From Desulfobacteraceae bacterium (lineage in GTDB: Bacteria; Desulfobacterota; Desulfobacteria; Desulfobacterales; JALSRD01), in NCBI GenBank assembly GCA_027061725.1, contig JAMOVG010000027.1:2416-66415 (forward strand): a stretch of 64,000 nucleotides of DNA. The letters are read 5' to 3'. Position 1 is the first letter of the stretch. Every line of letters begins with the position of its first letter. The position numbers were made by a program, and so were the translations under genes. The notes below the pieces were generated by a model, which was not told the origin of the DNA, did not search any database, and saw only the letters and a program-made list of their open reading frames with translations. Of this stretch, positions 8,742-18,726 are shown in pieces.

Positions 8742-10567
8742 GGCTGCCGCGCCGCCCCCAGGGCCGTGTCGACCCCCAGCAGGAATCGTGTGAAGGCCGC
8801 CGGGTGGCGCTGCACCGTACCGCTGACCGCCCGGGCGAGCTGCGCGGCACACGCCTCCCACCGCGGCTCTCCGGTGAGGCCCGAGAGGTGCAGCAGGTTC
8901 TGGTACGCCACCGAGTTGGCCGAGGGAATGGCGCCGTCATAGATTTCTTTGGGCCGCACGGGCAGGTCGTGCTGGTCGGCGGGGGTCATGAAAAAAGCGC
9001 CCTGCCGCTCATCCCAAAAATCCGCCAGCATCTCTTGCTGCAGCCGCACGGCGGTCTGCAGCCAGCGCTCGTCGGAAGCGGCGCGGTGGAGTTCCAGCAG
9101 CCCGTAAATCAGGAAGGCGTAATCTTCGGCGTGGGCGCGGATGGCGGCCTGCCCGTCGCGGAACCGGTGCAGCAGACGGCCGCGGCGGTCCGTGAGGCGC
9201 GCCAGCACCCATTCGGCCGCCCGCGCGGCGGCGTCCAGGTAAGCGGCGTCCTGCAGCACACGGCCGCCCTTGGCCAGCGCGGCGATCATCAGTCCGTTCC
9301 AGTCGGTGAGGATCTTGTCGTCCCGGAGGGGGGGGATGCGTTTTTGGCGGGCACCAAAGAGCTTCTGCCGGACGCTTCGCCACTGCCCCTCCAGTTCTTC
9401 AGCCGTCACACCCAGTTCGGCGGCCCACTGCGCCAGGGGGCGTTTCAGGTGCGCGATGTTCTCGCCGGTGCGGCCGCCGCCGGCTTCCTCGCGGAAATTG
9501 CCGCCCGCTTCAAATCCCAGGATGGCGGCCCAGCGGGCGCCGTCGCGTTCTCCCAGCACCGCCCTGAACTCCTGTTCGGTCCACAGGTAGAACTTGCCCT
9601 CGCGGCCCTCGCTGTCGGCGTCTTCGGCGGTGAAGAAGCCTCCCTCGGCGTCGGTCATATCCCGCAGCACATAGGTGAAGATCTCCCGCGCCGTTCGCCC
9701 GAATCCGTCCTGCCCGGTGGCCGCCAAAGCCTCCAGGTAGGCCTCGGCCAGCAGGGCCTGGTCGTAGAGCATCTTTTCAAAGTGCGGCAGCAGCCAGCGC
9801 TCGTCGGTGGAATACCGGTGAAACCCGAACCCCACGTGGTCCCAGATGCCGCCGCGGCGCATGGCGTCCAGGGTGTGTGTGACCACCTCAAGCGACTTGC
9901 GGTCGCCCGTGCGGCGGTGCTGCCGCAGCAGCAGCTGCAGGCGGTGGGGCAGCGGGAACTTGGGGGCCGGCAGAAAACCGCCGTGGCGCGGATCATACTC
10001 CGTGTGCAGCCGGTCCACGGCCGCCTGCAGCAGATCCCCGGTGGGATCGCCGCCGGGCACGAAATCAAAGGATTTCACCCAGCGCTCGCGGATGGCAGTC
10101 ACCGAATCCATTACCCGGGTGCGCTCGGTGCGCCACAGCTTGTCGATCTGGCGGCAGAGTTGCTGCAGCCCGGGGCGGCCGAAGCGGTTTTCCCGGGGGA
10201 TATAGGTGGCTGCCAGGAAAGGCTCCCGCTCCGGCGTCATGAAGATCGACAGGGGCCAGCCGCCGCTGCCGCTGATGAGCTGGCAGGCCGCCATGTAGAC
10301 GGCATCAATGTCGGCGCGCTCCTCGCGGTCCACCTTGATGCAGACGAAGGTATCGTTGAGCAGCTCCGCCGTGCGGGGGTCTTCGAAGGATTCGCGCTCC
10401 ATGACGTGACACCAGTGGCAGGTGGCGTAGCCGATGGACACAAAGACCGGCTTGTCCGCCCGCCGGGCGACCTCGAAAGCCTCCGCCGACCATGGATACC
10501 AGTCCACCGGGTTTTCGGCGTGCTGCAGCAGGTAGGGGCTTTTTTCGTGAATCAATCGATTGGGCAT
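8738..10567 (-). CDS. Thioredoxin-domain protein of the YyaL/DUF255 (SSP411-like) family
   Basis: The N-terminus [52 protein letters not shown] is diagnostic. The C-terminal part is a long alpha/alpha-toroid-like region. Confidence 0.85.
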   Translation of the reverse strand: MPNRLIHEKSPYLLQHAENPVDWYPWSAEAFEVARRADKPVFVSIGYATCHWCHVMERESFEDPRTAELLNDTFVCIKVDREERADIDAVYMAACQLISGSGGWPLSIFMTPEREPFLAATYIPRENRFGRPGLQQLCRQIDKLWRTERTRVMDSVTAIRERWVKSFDFVPGGDPTGDLLQAAVDRLHTEYDPRHGGFLPAPKFPLPHRLQLLLRQHRRTGDRKSLEVVTHTLDAMRRGGIWDHVGFGFHRYSTDERWLLPHFEKMLYDQALLAEAYLEALAATGQDGFGRTAREIFTYVLRDMTDAEGGFFTAEDADSEGREGKFYLWTEQEFRAVLGERDGARWAAILGFEAGGNFREEAGGGRTGENIAHLKRPLAQWAAELGVTAEELEGQWRSVRQKLFGARQKRIPPLRDDKILTDWNGLMIAALAKGGRVLQDAAYLDAAARAAEWVLARLTDRRGRLLHRFRDGQAAIRAHAEDYAFLIYGLLELHRAASDERWLQTAVRLQQEMLADFWDERQGAFFMTPADQHDLPVRPKEIYDGAIPSANSVAYQNLLHLSGLTGEPRWEACAAQLARAVSGTVQRHPAAFTRFLLGVDTALGAARQP

Positions 10568-10729
10568 GCGAAATCCCCTCCAGGCCTGCCGCCCAACTGC
10601 CGCCAGGGGGCATGAACCGGCCGCGTTTCAAATCCATTTTTCACCCGCCGGCATTCTGCAGGCGGTGGGAACAATCCTCCAGGACCATGGCCCTTTATCT
10701 CCCGGGGCGGGCCCCGGCGGCGGTGGGGT

Positions 10730-11272
10730 TCAGAAAGTTTCCAGGTGGGTAAACTCGGCGACTTCCCGGCGGCCAGGATCGCGGGAAGGCTTGGCCGGGT
10801 ACCCCAGCGGAATCAAGGCCACCACCTCCACGCCTTCGGGCGCCTTGAGAATGCGGGCGGCGCGGTCATGGTCGAAAAGCCCGACGATCACCGTGCCCAG
10901 GCCCAGATCGTGGGCCGTCAGGCAAAGGTTCTGGGCGGCCAGCCCCAGGTCGAACATGAACCAGTCGCCAAACTTGGTGGTCACCTGATCTTTGTAGTAG
11001 CCGGAGCGCTTCAGGCGCGCGCACAGGGCCAGCACCACCGGGGCGTCGGACACCGCACGGGTAGCCGGGTTCTTTGCAGAAACGGTTTCGGCCAGCGCTT
11101 TTTTGATCTGCGGATCTTTGACCACCACCACTTCCCAGCACTGCGTGTTGGCCCACGAGGGCGCCCAGCGCACCGCCTCCAGTACCTGCCGGAGCAGCGC
11201 CTCGGGCACCTCCCGCTCCTGGAACCTTCGGACGCTGCGCCGCTGTCGGATGATTTGCTCGAGATGGGTCAT
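10730..11272 (-). CDS. Nitroreductase-family protein
   Basis: RRSVRRFQEREVP...APSWANTQCWEVVVV is a typical nitroreductase N-terminus. Confidence 0.8.
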   Translation of the reverse strand: MTHLEQIIRQRRSVRRFQEREVPEALLRQVLEAVRWAPSWANTQCWEVVVVKDPQIKKALAETVSAKNPATRAVSDAPVVLALCARLKRSGYYKDQVTTKFGDWFMFDLGLAAQNLCLTAHDLGLGTVIVGLFDHDRAARILKAPEGVEVVALIPLGYPAKPSRDPGRREVAEFTHLETF

Positions 11273-12195
11273 GAATGTTCCCTCCCTTTATGGTCCGTTG
11301 TCTGCACCAGGTCCCTGAGCGCTTCGTCGATGCGGGCAAAGCGGAATCGGAAGCCCTCTTCCAGCAGGCGTCGGGGGACAACGCGCTGACTGGCCAGCAT
11401 CGTGGAGGCCACCTCCCCCATGAGTGCTCGCAGCATGAAGGTCGGCGCCGGCATGCGTGACGGCCGCCGGAGCACCCGTCCCAGGGTTTCGGCCAGTTCG
11501 CGGCTGGTCACCGGGTATGGTGCGCAGAAATTGAACACGCCCCGGCGCTGCGCGCCTTCCATGAGGAAAAATACGGCCCGCACCAGATCGTGCATGTGAA
11601 TCCACGGCATCCACTGGGTTCCCCTGCCCAGGGGGCCGCCCATGAACAGGCGGAAAGCCGGCAGCATGCGCTCCATGGCGCCGCCGCCGCTTCCGAGCAC
11701 CACCCCGAAACGCATGACGGCCACCCGCACCCCTCTGCCGGCCGCATCCAGGGCCGCAGCTTCCCACTCGCGGCTGACGCCGGCCAGGAAATCATCGCCG
11801 GGCGGTTCGTCCTCGGTCAGCACGTCGTCTCCGCGGTCCCCGTAGTATCCCACCGCCGAGGTGCTGAGCAGCACGGCGCCGGGCCGCAGGCGCTGGGCAA
11901 CGTGACGGGTGGTGCGCACGCGGCTGTCCCGTATTTCGCGCTTATAGGCCGGTGTCCAGCGCTTGAGAATGGTTCTGCCCGCCAGGTTGACGACCAGGTC
12001 GGCCCGCTCGGCCTCCACCTGCCAGTCCCCCGGGCGGCTGGTGTCGGCCGACCGGTAGCGGTAGCGCTCGTGCGAGACCGCCTGCGCGGGGTGCCGCCGC
12101 AGCCCGATGGCGGTCACCTCGTGGCCTTTTTCCAGCAGGGCGACGCACACATGGTGGCCCACGAAGCCCGTTCCGCCGGTGACCAGAATACGCAT
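11269..12195 (-). CDS. NAD-dependent epimerase-family protein (YfcH-like, with DUF1731-type C-terminus)
   Basis: MRILVTGGTGFVGHHV is a Rossmann motif and GGGGAGA lies upstream of ATG 12195. The stop overlaps the nitroreductase start (ATGA). Confidence 0.8.
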   Translation of the reverse strand: MRILVTGGTGFVGHHVCVALLEKGHEVTAIGLRRHPAQAVSHERYRYRSADTSRPGDWQVEAERADLVVNLAGRTILKRWTPAYKREIRDSRVRTTRHVAQRLRPGAVLLSTSAVGYYGDRGDDVLTEDEPPGDDFLAGVSREWEAAALDAAGRGVRVAVMRFGVVLGSGGGAMERMLPAFRLFMGGPLGRGTQWMPWIHMHDLVRAVFFLMEGAQRRGVFNFCAPYPVTSRELAETLGRVLRRPSRMPAPTFMLRALMGEVASTMLASQRVVPRRLLEEGFRFRFARIDEALRDLVQTTDHKGREHS

Positions 12196-12438
12196 ACTCG
12201 TTCTCCCCTGCAAAAGGGCAATACAGCCGGGACTGCGGCCTTTCCTGCAGGGGCCGCATCAGCCCCGGTGCCCTGCGCGCCGAAACCCGTCCGGGAAAAA
12301 GGGGCGTTCTCTGCGCAGAAGCGGCCTGAGACAAAGTAATAACGAACACGGGCGGGGTCAACCGGCGCGCTTTCTGAAAAAGCGCTTTTGGTGTCGCAGC
12401 GGCACGCAGCCCCGTGACGCGTCAATCTTCTGGGAGAT

Positions 12439-12471
12439 AAAAAAACGGCGGCGCCGTGAGGCGTCGCCGTT
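12439..12471 (-). terminator. Rho-independent terminator downstream of the HesB-like selenoprotein gene
   Basis: The minus strand reads ACGGCGACGCC-TCAC-GGCGCCGCCGT followed by TTTTTTT. It lies about 36 nt past the stop at 12507. Confidence 0.65.
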
Positions 12472-12506
12472 TGCGATTGACAGCGGATGCAGAACGGATA
12501 CGATTG

Positions 12507-12815
12507 TCAGCCGCAGGATCCCGTCCCGCAGGACGTGCAGCCGGGACCGAAATCGATGCTGCAGTCGATTTTGAAGCCCATGCCCATAAAGTCGACCTTG
12601 ATGGGCTTGGCCTTTTCCATAAGGTCCTTGTTCACCAGGTACTTGAATCCATCGATGTCGAAAACTTCGTCCATCTCATTAGGCTCATCCAGAGCCATAG
12701 CCAATGAGGGGCCGCCTCACCCGCCTTCATTGAGGAAAATACGGATGGGCGCAACCTCTCGTCCCTTGAAATATTCAGCGATCTGCGTGGTCGCCGATGG
12801 TGTTACTTCCAACAT
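12507..12815 (-). CDS. HesB/IscA-like selenoprotein (in-frame UGA at 12719..12717 read as Sec)
   Basis: Track ORFs 12717..12917 and 12507..12704 are in the same frame, separated only by TGA. The joined product is MLEVTPSATTQIAEYFKGREVAPIRIFLNEGGUGGPSLAMALDEPNEMDEVF...CTSCGTGSCG. The U lies where IscA-type proteins have the GGCSG cysteine. AAGGAGGA sits directly upstream of ATG 12815. Confidence 0.75.
12675..12708 (-). promoter_or_regulatory. Candidate bacterial SECIS element for the HesB-like gene
   Basis: On the minus strand, 8 nt after UGA: CUCAUU-(GGCUAU)-GGCUC-UGGAU-GAGCC-(U)-AAUGAG. That gives a lower stem, an internal loop, a 5-bp upper stem and a G/U-containing apical loop. Confidence 0.5.
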
Positions 12816-12833
12816 GAAATCCTCCTTGTTGCC

Positions 12834-12870
12834 AAAAAAATGCAGGTCTGCCTTTTTCGCAGACCCTGCC
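12834..12870 (-). terminator. Terminator-like hairpin plus U7 tract immediately upstream of the selenoprotein RBS
   Basis: The minus strand reads GCAGGGTCTGC-GAAAAAG-GCAGACCTGC, then ATTTTTTT, then GGCAACAAGGAGGATTTC-ATG. Confidence 0.5.
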
Positions 12871-12895
12871 TGCCGCAGCTCCATTTTCTGACGGT

Positions 12896-12924
12896 AGTTT
12901 AAGCACAAAAAAATCAAATGTCAA
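12896..12924 (-). promoter_or_regulatory. Sigma-70-like promoter candidate (TTGACA-17 nt-TAAACT)
   Basis: On the minus strand, TTGACA is at 12924..12919 and TAAACT at 12901..12896 with exact 17-nt spacing. It lies between the MCP stop and the hairpin. Confidence 0.4.
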
Positions 12925-12993
12925 TGCGAACGGCAAAAATCATCGTGGGCCCGCCCTGCGGCACCGGCCACCCGATGGCCGCTTACGTGCGCT

Positions 12994-14874
12994 TCAGCAC
13001 GACACCAGGGGGGCGCCCTCCCTGATGCAGCCGCCGTCGCGCTGCGCAAAAATTTCCATCCCGGTTTCGGGAACGCCGGGCGGCTGCACCGCCTCCGGTG
13101 CGCCTGGCTTTTTCCGTCGGTCGAAAGTCCCGCTCACCAAGACGATCAGTTCGTCCACCACGGCCTGCAGTTCGTGGGCCTGCTGTCTCAGGTCCTCCGA
13201 AACGGCGGCCGACTCCTCTGCGCTGGCAGCGGTCTGCTGTGTGACGTGGTCTATGTCGGTAACCGCCTGGTTGATCTGATCAACGCCCTGGGCCTGCTCG
13301 GCCGAAGCCGACGAAATCCCACCGATGAGGGTGGTGACGCTGGACACCTCCTGCGCCACCCGGCTGAATTCCTCCTGGGTTCGGCTGACCAGGTCAGTGC
13401 CGTCTCCTACCTTCTTCAGGGTGCCCTCGATCAGACCGGCCGTGTCCCGGGCGGCCTCGGCGGCGCGGATGGCCAGGTTGCGCACTTCGTCGGCCACCAC
13501 CGCGAAACCGGCCCCGGCCTCGCCGGCCCGGGCGGCCTCCACCGCTGCGTTCAAAGCCAACAGGTTGGTCTGGAAAGCGACTTCATCGATGGTGTTGATG
13601 ATGCGCGCGGTCTCCTGGCTGGCCGTTGCTATGGCGTCGATGGCGGCCGCCAGCGCATCCATGCACTCCCGGGCCTTGATGACGGTGCGGTCGGCGTTTT
13701 TAATGAGCCGGTCGGCCTTGGCGGCGTTGTCTGCATTCTGGCGGGTCATGGAGGCCATTTCCTCCAGGGAGGAGGAGGTCTCCTCCAGGGAGGAGGCCTG
13801 CTCGGAAGCGCCTTCGGCCAGCGCCCTGCTGGCGGCCGTGATCTGACCGGATGCCGAGGTCATCATCCCGGAAGTTTTTCCCAGCGCGGCAATGATGCGG
13901 CGCACAGGTTTGAGAATGCCGTTGCTGAAATACAAAACGGCCACAACCGTGAGCAGCAGGGAAATGCCGCCCACAACCAGGATGACGTTGCGGATGGAGT
14001 GCGCCAAGGCCATCAGTTCACCGCGGTCCTGGCTGAAAACCACGTGCCAGTCTTTGCGTTTCACGGTTGCGAAGCCGGCGATCCTGGCCACCCCGCCCAC
14101 CGTGCAGGCCGCCCAGCCGCTTGTGCGTCCGGTCATTTTTCTGGCCAGGGTCTGCATACCTTCGATTTTCGGCAGACGGGCCTTCAAAACCAAATGCCTG
14201 TCAGGATGGGCGATGATCCTTCCCTGCTGGTCAACCATGAACGCAAAACCGCTCTTGCCGATGCGCGTTGCCGCCAGCACGTCGGCGAAAGCGCTCAGCC
14301 GCAGGACCGCCACAATGACGCCGGCGAATTCGCCTCCGGCGTTCTTGAGTGCGGCACACACCGGGATTACCGGTTTGCCCGAACCCTTGGACCGGACCAC
14401 GTCTCCCACATTCACCCCCCCGGCTGCGGCGGCCCTGAAATAGCCCCGATCCCCGATAGATATACCTTTGAACTTGCCCCCCTCGCTGTCGGCAAAGACC
14501 CTGCCGTCGCTGCCGGCCACCACGATAGTCTCGTATGATTCGCCCAGCCGCTTCTTGAGGGCCATCAGTTCGGCGTTGAGCTTGATCACCTGGATGTCAG
14601 CGTTTTCGCCCCCCCACTGATCCACGTAGCGCACGCCCCCCACGACCACGTTGTTGGCCGCCAGGGTCCTGGCCACCTTGAGTTCCTCAGAAAGAAACAG
14701 ATCGGCCGTGCCGGCCAGGTTGCGGGCCACCTAGGCCGTCTGCTGCTCGGCCATGTGCTGAATGGAACGCGAGGTACGCGATACCGCAAGGATTCCCACG
14801 GCAAGCAGGGGGATCACCACACCGGCGACTCCGCCGGCAACCAACTTGCAGCCCAATGATCGCTTTTTCAGCAT
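12994..14874 (-). pseudogene. Cache-domain methyl-accepting chemotaxis protein interrupted by an in-frame TAG (14733..14731)
   Basis: AGGAGGAAGG is followed by ATG at 14874. That start gives MLKKRSLGCKLVAGGVAGVVIPLLAVGILAVSRTSRSIQHMAEQQTA, then TAG, then (GTG) [24 protein letters not shown] in the same frame. After that come a Cache-like periplasmic region, TM2 and the MA signalling domain ([27 protein letters not shown]...[36 protein letters not shown]). Confidence 0.6.
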
Positions 14875-15328
14875 CCTTCCTCCTGATTGGCGCCCGGCCA
14901 AGACGCGCCTGATTCTGGCATGATCGGCAATCTGCTGAAATACAGAATATATAGTATCGGTCGATGGCGACACTGCCTTTAGACCGGCAATCACTGCCCG
15001 AACCGGTGCCTCCGGAGATACGAAGCCATCCGGGCAGCAATGGGTGGCCCTCACCGGCATGCCCACTGCTTTCTGCATTGTCCCCGCCGTGGGGCACTTC
15101 AGGGGTTGACGAGGACCGTCTGCTCGGGTATCATCAAACTGCGTTCAGAAAATTTCTGGAAGTTACCCCCCCTGCGGCACCCCCCATGGCGAGGGAGGTC
15201 GCAAGATACGCCAGCACCACGGCAACGGGGGTGATTTCCATTTTTATTTGATCCGCAGCCCCCGGCAAATCCGGTGGGCTCGCAGAAGAAAACGCCCCGC
15301 CCGGCACCCCGGGTGGCGGGAAAGCGAA

Positions 15329-16402
15329 ATGGCCCAGGTCGAAGCGCGTTCGCTCACCAAACGGTTTGGAGAAACCACCGCCGCGCGAGAGGTGTCGTTT
15401 GTGGCCCGCTCCGGTTCGTTCGTTGTGCTGCTGGGCCCCTCCGGGTGCGGCAAGTCCACCATCCTGCGCATGATCGCCGGACTGGAAAAGCCCACCTCAG
15501 GCCGGGTGTTCATCGACGGCAGCGATGTAACCGACCTGGACCCCTCGCGGCGCAGAATCTCCATGGTCTTCCAGTCCTATGCCCTCTTTCCGCATCTCAA
15601 TGCGGCCGATAACATCCTTTTCGGGCTAAAAGTGCGCCACGCCTCTAAAACAGAACAGCGGCGGCGGCTCAAACGCGTGGCTGAAATGGTCGGGCTGTCG
15701 CACCTGCTCGACCGCAAACCGGCGCAGCTATCAGGCGGCCAGCGCCAACGCGTGGCCCTCGCCCGGGCCATCGTGGCCGAGCACCCCATTTGTCTGATGG
15801 ACGAACCCCTCTCGAACCTGGACGCCAAACTGCGCCACGAGATGCGGCTGGAGCTGCGGGCGCTGCAGAAGCGCCTGGAGATGACGGTTCTGTATGTCAC
15901 CCACGACCAGACCGAGGCCATGAGTATGGCCGACCAGGTCATCCTGCTCAACCACGGACAGGTGGTGCAGGCCGGCTCCCCGGAGACCCTCTACCAGCGC
16001 CCGGCCACTACCTTTGCGGCCGACTTTATCGGCACACCGCCCATGAATCTGATCATCATCAACGAAACCATCCGGCACTCCGTTTCCGGAAACTCGTACC
16101 TGACGAACCTGATCAACGAAAAGAAATACGACGGCTGCACCCTGGGCATCCGCCCCGAACACATGCACATCAGCGAGAGCGGCGACGGGCTGCAGGTCAA
16201 AGTCAATTCCGAGGACTACCACGGATCGGACACCATTGTGGGCGTGCTGCCGGCGGCGGCCCCGGACAGCCGCGCGCCTGCGGAGATCAAGGTTCGGGTA
16301 CCGGGAAGGGTGCGCCTGCCGCGGGGCCGTGAACTCGGTCTCTTCTGGGAAAAAGAGCACATGCAGGTATTCGGACCCGACGGCCACAGCATCCCGGTCT
16401 GA
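15329..16402 (+). CDS. ABC transporter ATP-binding protein (UgpC/MalK type)
   Basis: Walker A GPSGCGKST, signature LSGGQRQRVALARA and Walker B ICLMDEPLSNLD are present. The C-terminus is TOBE-like. I trimmed the start to ATG 15329. Confidence 0.85.
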   Translation: MAQVEARSLTKRFGETTAAREVSFVARSGSFVVLLGPSGCGKSTILRMIAGLEKPTSGRVFIDGSDVTDLDPSRRRISMVFQSYALFPHLNAADNILFGLKVRHASKTEQRRRLKRVAEMVGLSHLLDRKPAQLSGGQRQRVALARAIVAEHPICLMDEPLSNLDAKLRHEMRLELRALQKRLEMTVLYVTHDQTEAMSMADQVILLNHGQVVQAGSPETLYQRPATTFAADFIGTPPMNLIIINETIRHSVSGNSYLTNLINEKKYDGCTLGIRPEHMHISESGDGLQVKVNSEDYHGSDTIVGVLPAAAPDSRAPAEIKVRVPGRVRLPRGRELGLFWEKEHMQVFGPDGHSIPV

Positions 16403-16480
16403 GCCCCGCCGGTCGACCCGGGGAAACGGCCCGTCGGAATTTTTCAACAGCGTGTTATCGGACAGAGGGAGGATCGAGAA

Positions 16481-17755
16481 ATGAGCAAGAGACGCTACCT
16501 GTTGACGCTGGCCGTGGTTTTACTGTGCCTCTTCGCCCTTGCGGCGGGAGTGCAGGCCGAAAAGACCAAACTGACCATGTACTATCCAGTCGCCGTGGGC
16601 GGGCCGCTCACCAAGATCGTGGATTCCATGGTGGCCGATTTCGTCAAAGCCAACCCGGACGTGGACGTCAAGGCCATCTATGCCGGCAATTACAACGACG
16701 CCCGCATCAAAGCGCTGGCGGCCCTGAAATCGGGAAAACCCGCCCAGCTGTCGGTCATGTTCTCCATCGACATCTACGACCTCATCGAGCAGGACGCCAT
16801 CATCCCCTTCGATGACCTGCTGACTACCGACGGAGACAAAGCCTGGCTGAACTCCTTTTATCCGGCCCTGATGGAAAACGGCAGGACCCTCGGCAAGACC
16901 TGGGGGATTCCCTTCCAGCGCTCCACCATCGTCATGTACTACAACAAGGACATGTTCCGCAAAGCCGGCCTGGACCCCGAAAAGCCCCCGGCCACCTGGC
17001 AGGAACTGGTGGAGATGGGCAAGAAGCTGACCACCCCCGAACACTACGGGCTGATGATTCCCTCCACCGGCTATCCTTACTGGATGTTCGGCGCACTGGC
17101 CAAGCAGAACGGCGAAGTACTCATGGACGGTGACGGCAAGAAAACGTTCTTTGCCAACCCGGGCGTCATAGAGGCGCTGCAGTTCTGGCTGGACCTGTCG
17201 AAGAAACACGGCATCATGCCCAAGGGCACCATCGAGTGGGGCACCCTGCGGCAGAATTTCCTGGAGGGCAAGACCGCCATGATGTGGCATTCCACCGGCA
17301 ACCTGACGGTGGTCAAGAAAAAGGCCAAGTTCGACTTCGGCGTGGCCATGCTGCCGGCCGGCAAGATGCGCGGCACGCCCACCGGCGGCGGCAACTTCTA
17401 CATCTTCAAGAAGACCTCGCCGGCCGAACGCAAGGCCGCCATGCGCCTGATCAAGTTCATGACCAGCCCGGAGCGTTCTGCCGAGTGGTCCATCAAGACC
17501 GGCTACATCGGCATCTCTCCGGCGGCCTACGAAACGCCGGCGCTGAAGAAGTACGTGGAGGAGTTTCCGCCGGCCAAGGTGGCGCGTGACCAGCTCAAGT
17601 ACGCCACCGCGGAACTGTCCACCTACCAGACCGGCCGCGTGCGCAAGCTGCTCGATGACGCCATCCAGGCGGCCCTGACCGGCAAAAAGTCACCTGAAAA
17701 GGCTCTCAAGGAGGCCCAGGCCCAGGCCGAGCGCCTGCTCAAACCCTACCAGTAA
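16481..17755 (+). CDS. ABC transporter extracellular solute-binding protein (family 1, sugar/glycerol-3-phosphate type)
   Basis: It has a signal peptide (LLTLAVVLLCLFALAAGVQA) and family-1 SBP-like sequence. It sits inside an ABC operon. Confidence 0.8.
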   Translation: MSKRRYLLTLAVVLLCLFALAAGVQAEKTKLTMYYPVAVGGPLTKIVDSMVADFVKANPDVDVKAIYAGNYNDARIKALAALKSGKPAQLSVMFSIDIYDLIEQDAIIPFDDLLTTDGDKAWLNSFYPALMENGRTLGKTWGIPFQRSTIVMYYNKDMFRKAGLDPEKPPATWQELVEMGKKLTTPEHYGLMIPSTGYPYWMFGALAKQNGEVLMDGDGKKTFFANPGVIEALQFWLDLSKKHGIMPKGTIEWGTLRQNFLEGKTAMMWHSTGNLTVVKKKAKFDFGVAMLPAGKMRGTPTGGGNFYIFKKTSPAERKAAMRLIKFMTSPERSAEWSIKTGYIGISPAAYETPALKKYVEEFPPAKVARDQLKYATAELSTYQTGRVRKLLDDAIQAALTGKKSPEKALKEAQAQAERLLKPYQ

Positions 17756-17862
17756 ACCGACACCGGGTGCCGGCGCGCCTCCGGGCGGGCCGGCATCTTG
17801 CCGGCCGCAAAGACCCGGCCAAACGCTTTTCACAAGGAGGAAGGGCCACGTATTCGAAACGC

Positions 17863-18726
17863 ATGATGGGGATATACGCCTGGCTGCTGCTCCTGCCGGC
17901 TTCGGTCCTGCTGGTGACCTTTACCCACTACCCGACGGTCGCCACTTTCATCCACTCGCTGTTCTCCAACGGCACCGTCATCCGCCCCTCGCGCTTCGTG
18001 GGGCTGGACAACTACCGGGCAGTGATGCACGACCCCGTGTTCTGGAAGGTCATGGAGAACACCGTGCTTTTCGCCCTGGGGACCGTGCCCGCCTCCATCG
18101 CCCTGGCGCTGCTGATGGCGGTGTGGGTCAACCGGCGTATCCCGGGCCGTGCTTTCGTGCGGCTGTCCTATTTCACACCCACAATCCTGCCCATGATCGC
18201 CGTGGCCAACATCTGGCTTTTCTTTTACACCCCGGACATCGGCCTGCTGGACCAGATCAGCGCCCTGTTCGGCGGGCACGGGCACAACTGGCTGGGGGAT
18301 TCGCGCACCGTGCTGTGGTGCCTGATCGTGATGACCATCTGGAAAGAGGCGGGTTTCTTCATGATTTTCTACCTGGCTGCACTGCAGACCCACTCTCCCG
18401 AGCTCGAAGAGGCCGCGCGCCTGGAGGGCGCCAGCCGGGGCGCGTTCTTCTGGCGGGTCACCTTTCCGTTGCTGATGCCCACCACGCTGTTCGTGTTCAT
18501 CAACGCCACGCTCAACAGCTTTAAGCTAGTGGACCATCTCTTCATCCTGACCAAGGGCGGACCGGACAATGCCTCCAACCTGCTGCTGTACTATATCTAT
18601 GAAAACGCCTTTTCCTTCTTCGATACCGCTTCGGCCGCCACTCTGACGGTGATCCTGCTGGCAATGCTGGCGGCCATGGCCATCGTGCAGTTCACCGTGC
18701 TGGACAAGAGGATCCACTACCGATGA
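17863..18726 (+). CDS. ABC transporter permease (UgpA/MalF-like)
   Basis: It has multiple TM segments and an EAA-type loop (LEEAARLEGASRGAFFWRVTFPLL). Confidence 0.8.
   Translation: MMGIYAWLLLLPASVLLVTFTHYPTVATFIHSLFSNGTVIRPSRFVGLDNYRAVMHDPVFWKVMENTVLFALGTVPASIALALLMAVWVNRRIPGRAFVRLSYFTPTILPMIAVANIWLFFYTPDIGLLDQISALFGGHGHNWLGDSRTVLWCLIVMTIWKEAGFFMIFYLAALQTHSPELEEAARLEGASRGAFFWRVTFPLLMPTTLFVFINATLNSFKLVDHLFILTKGGPDNASNLLLYYIYENAFSFFDTASAATLTVILLAMLAAMAIVQFTVLDKRIHYR

Noticed and set aside
14731-14733. The amber codon in the MCP read as pyrrolysine.
   Set aside because: No pyl genes or methylamine methyltransferase genes are in the window, and a chemoreceptor is not a known Pyl protein. A nonsense mutation, a sequencing error or re-initiation are simpler explanations. 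I keep it only as a low-probability note in the finding.
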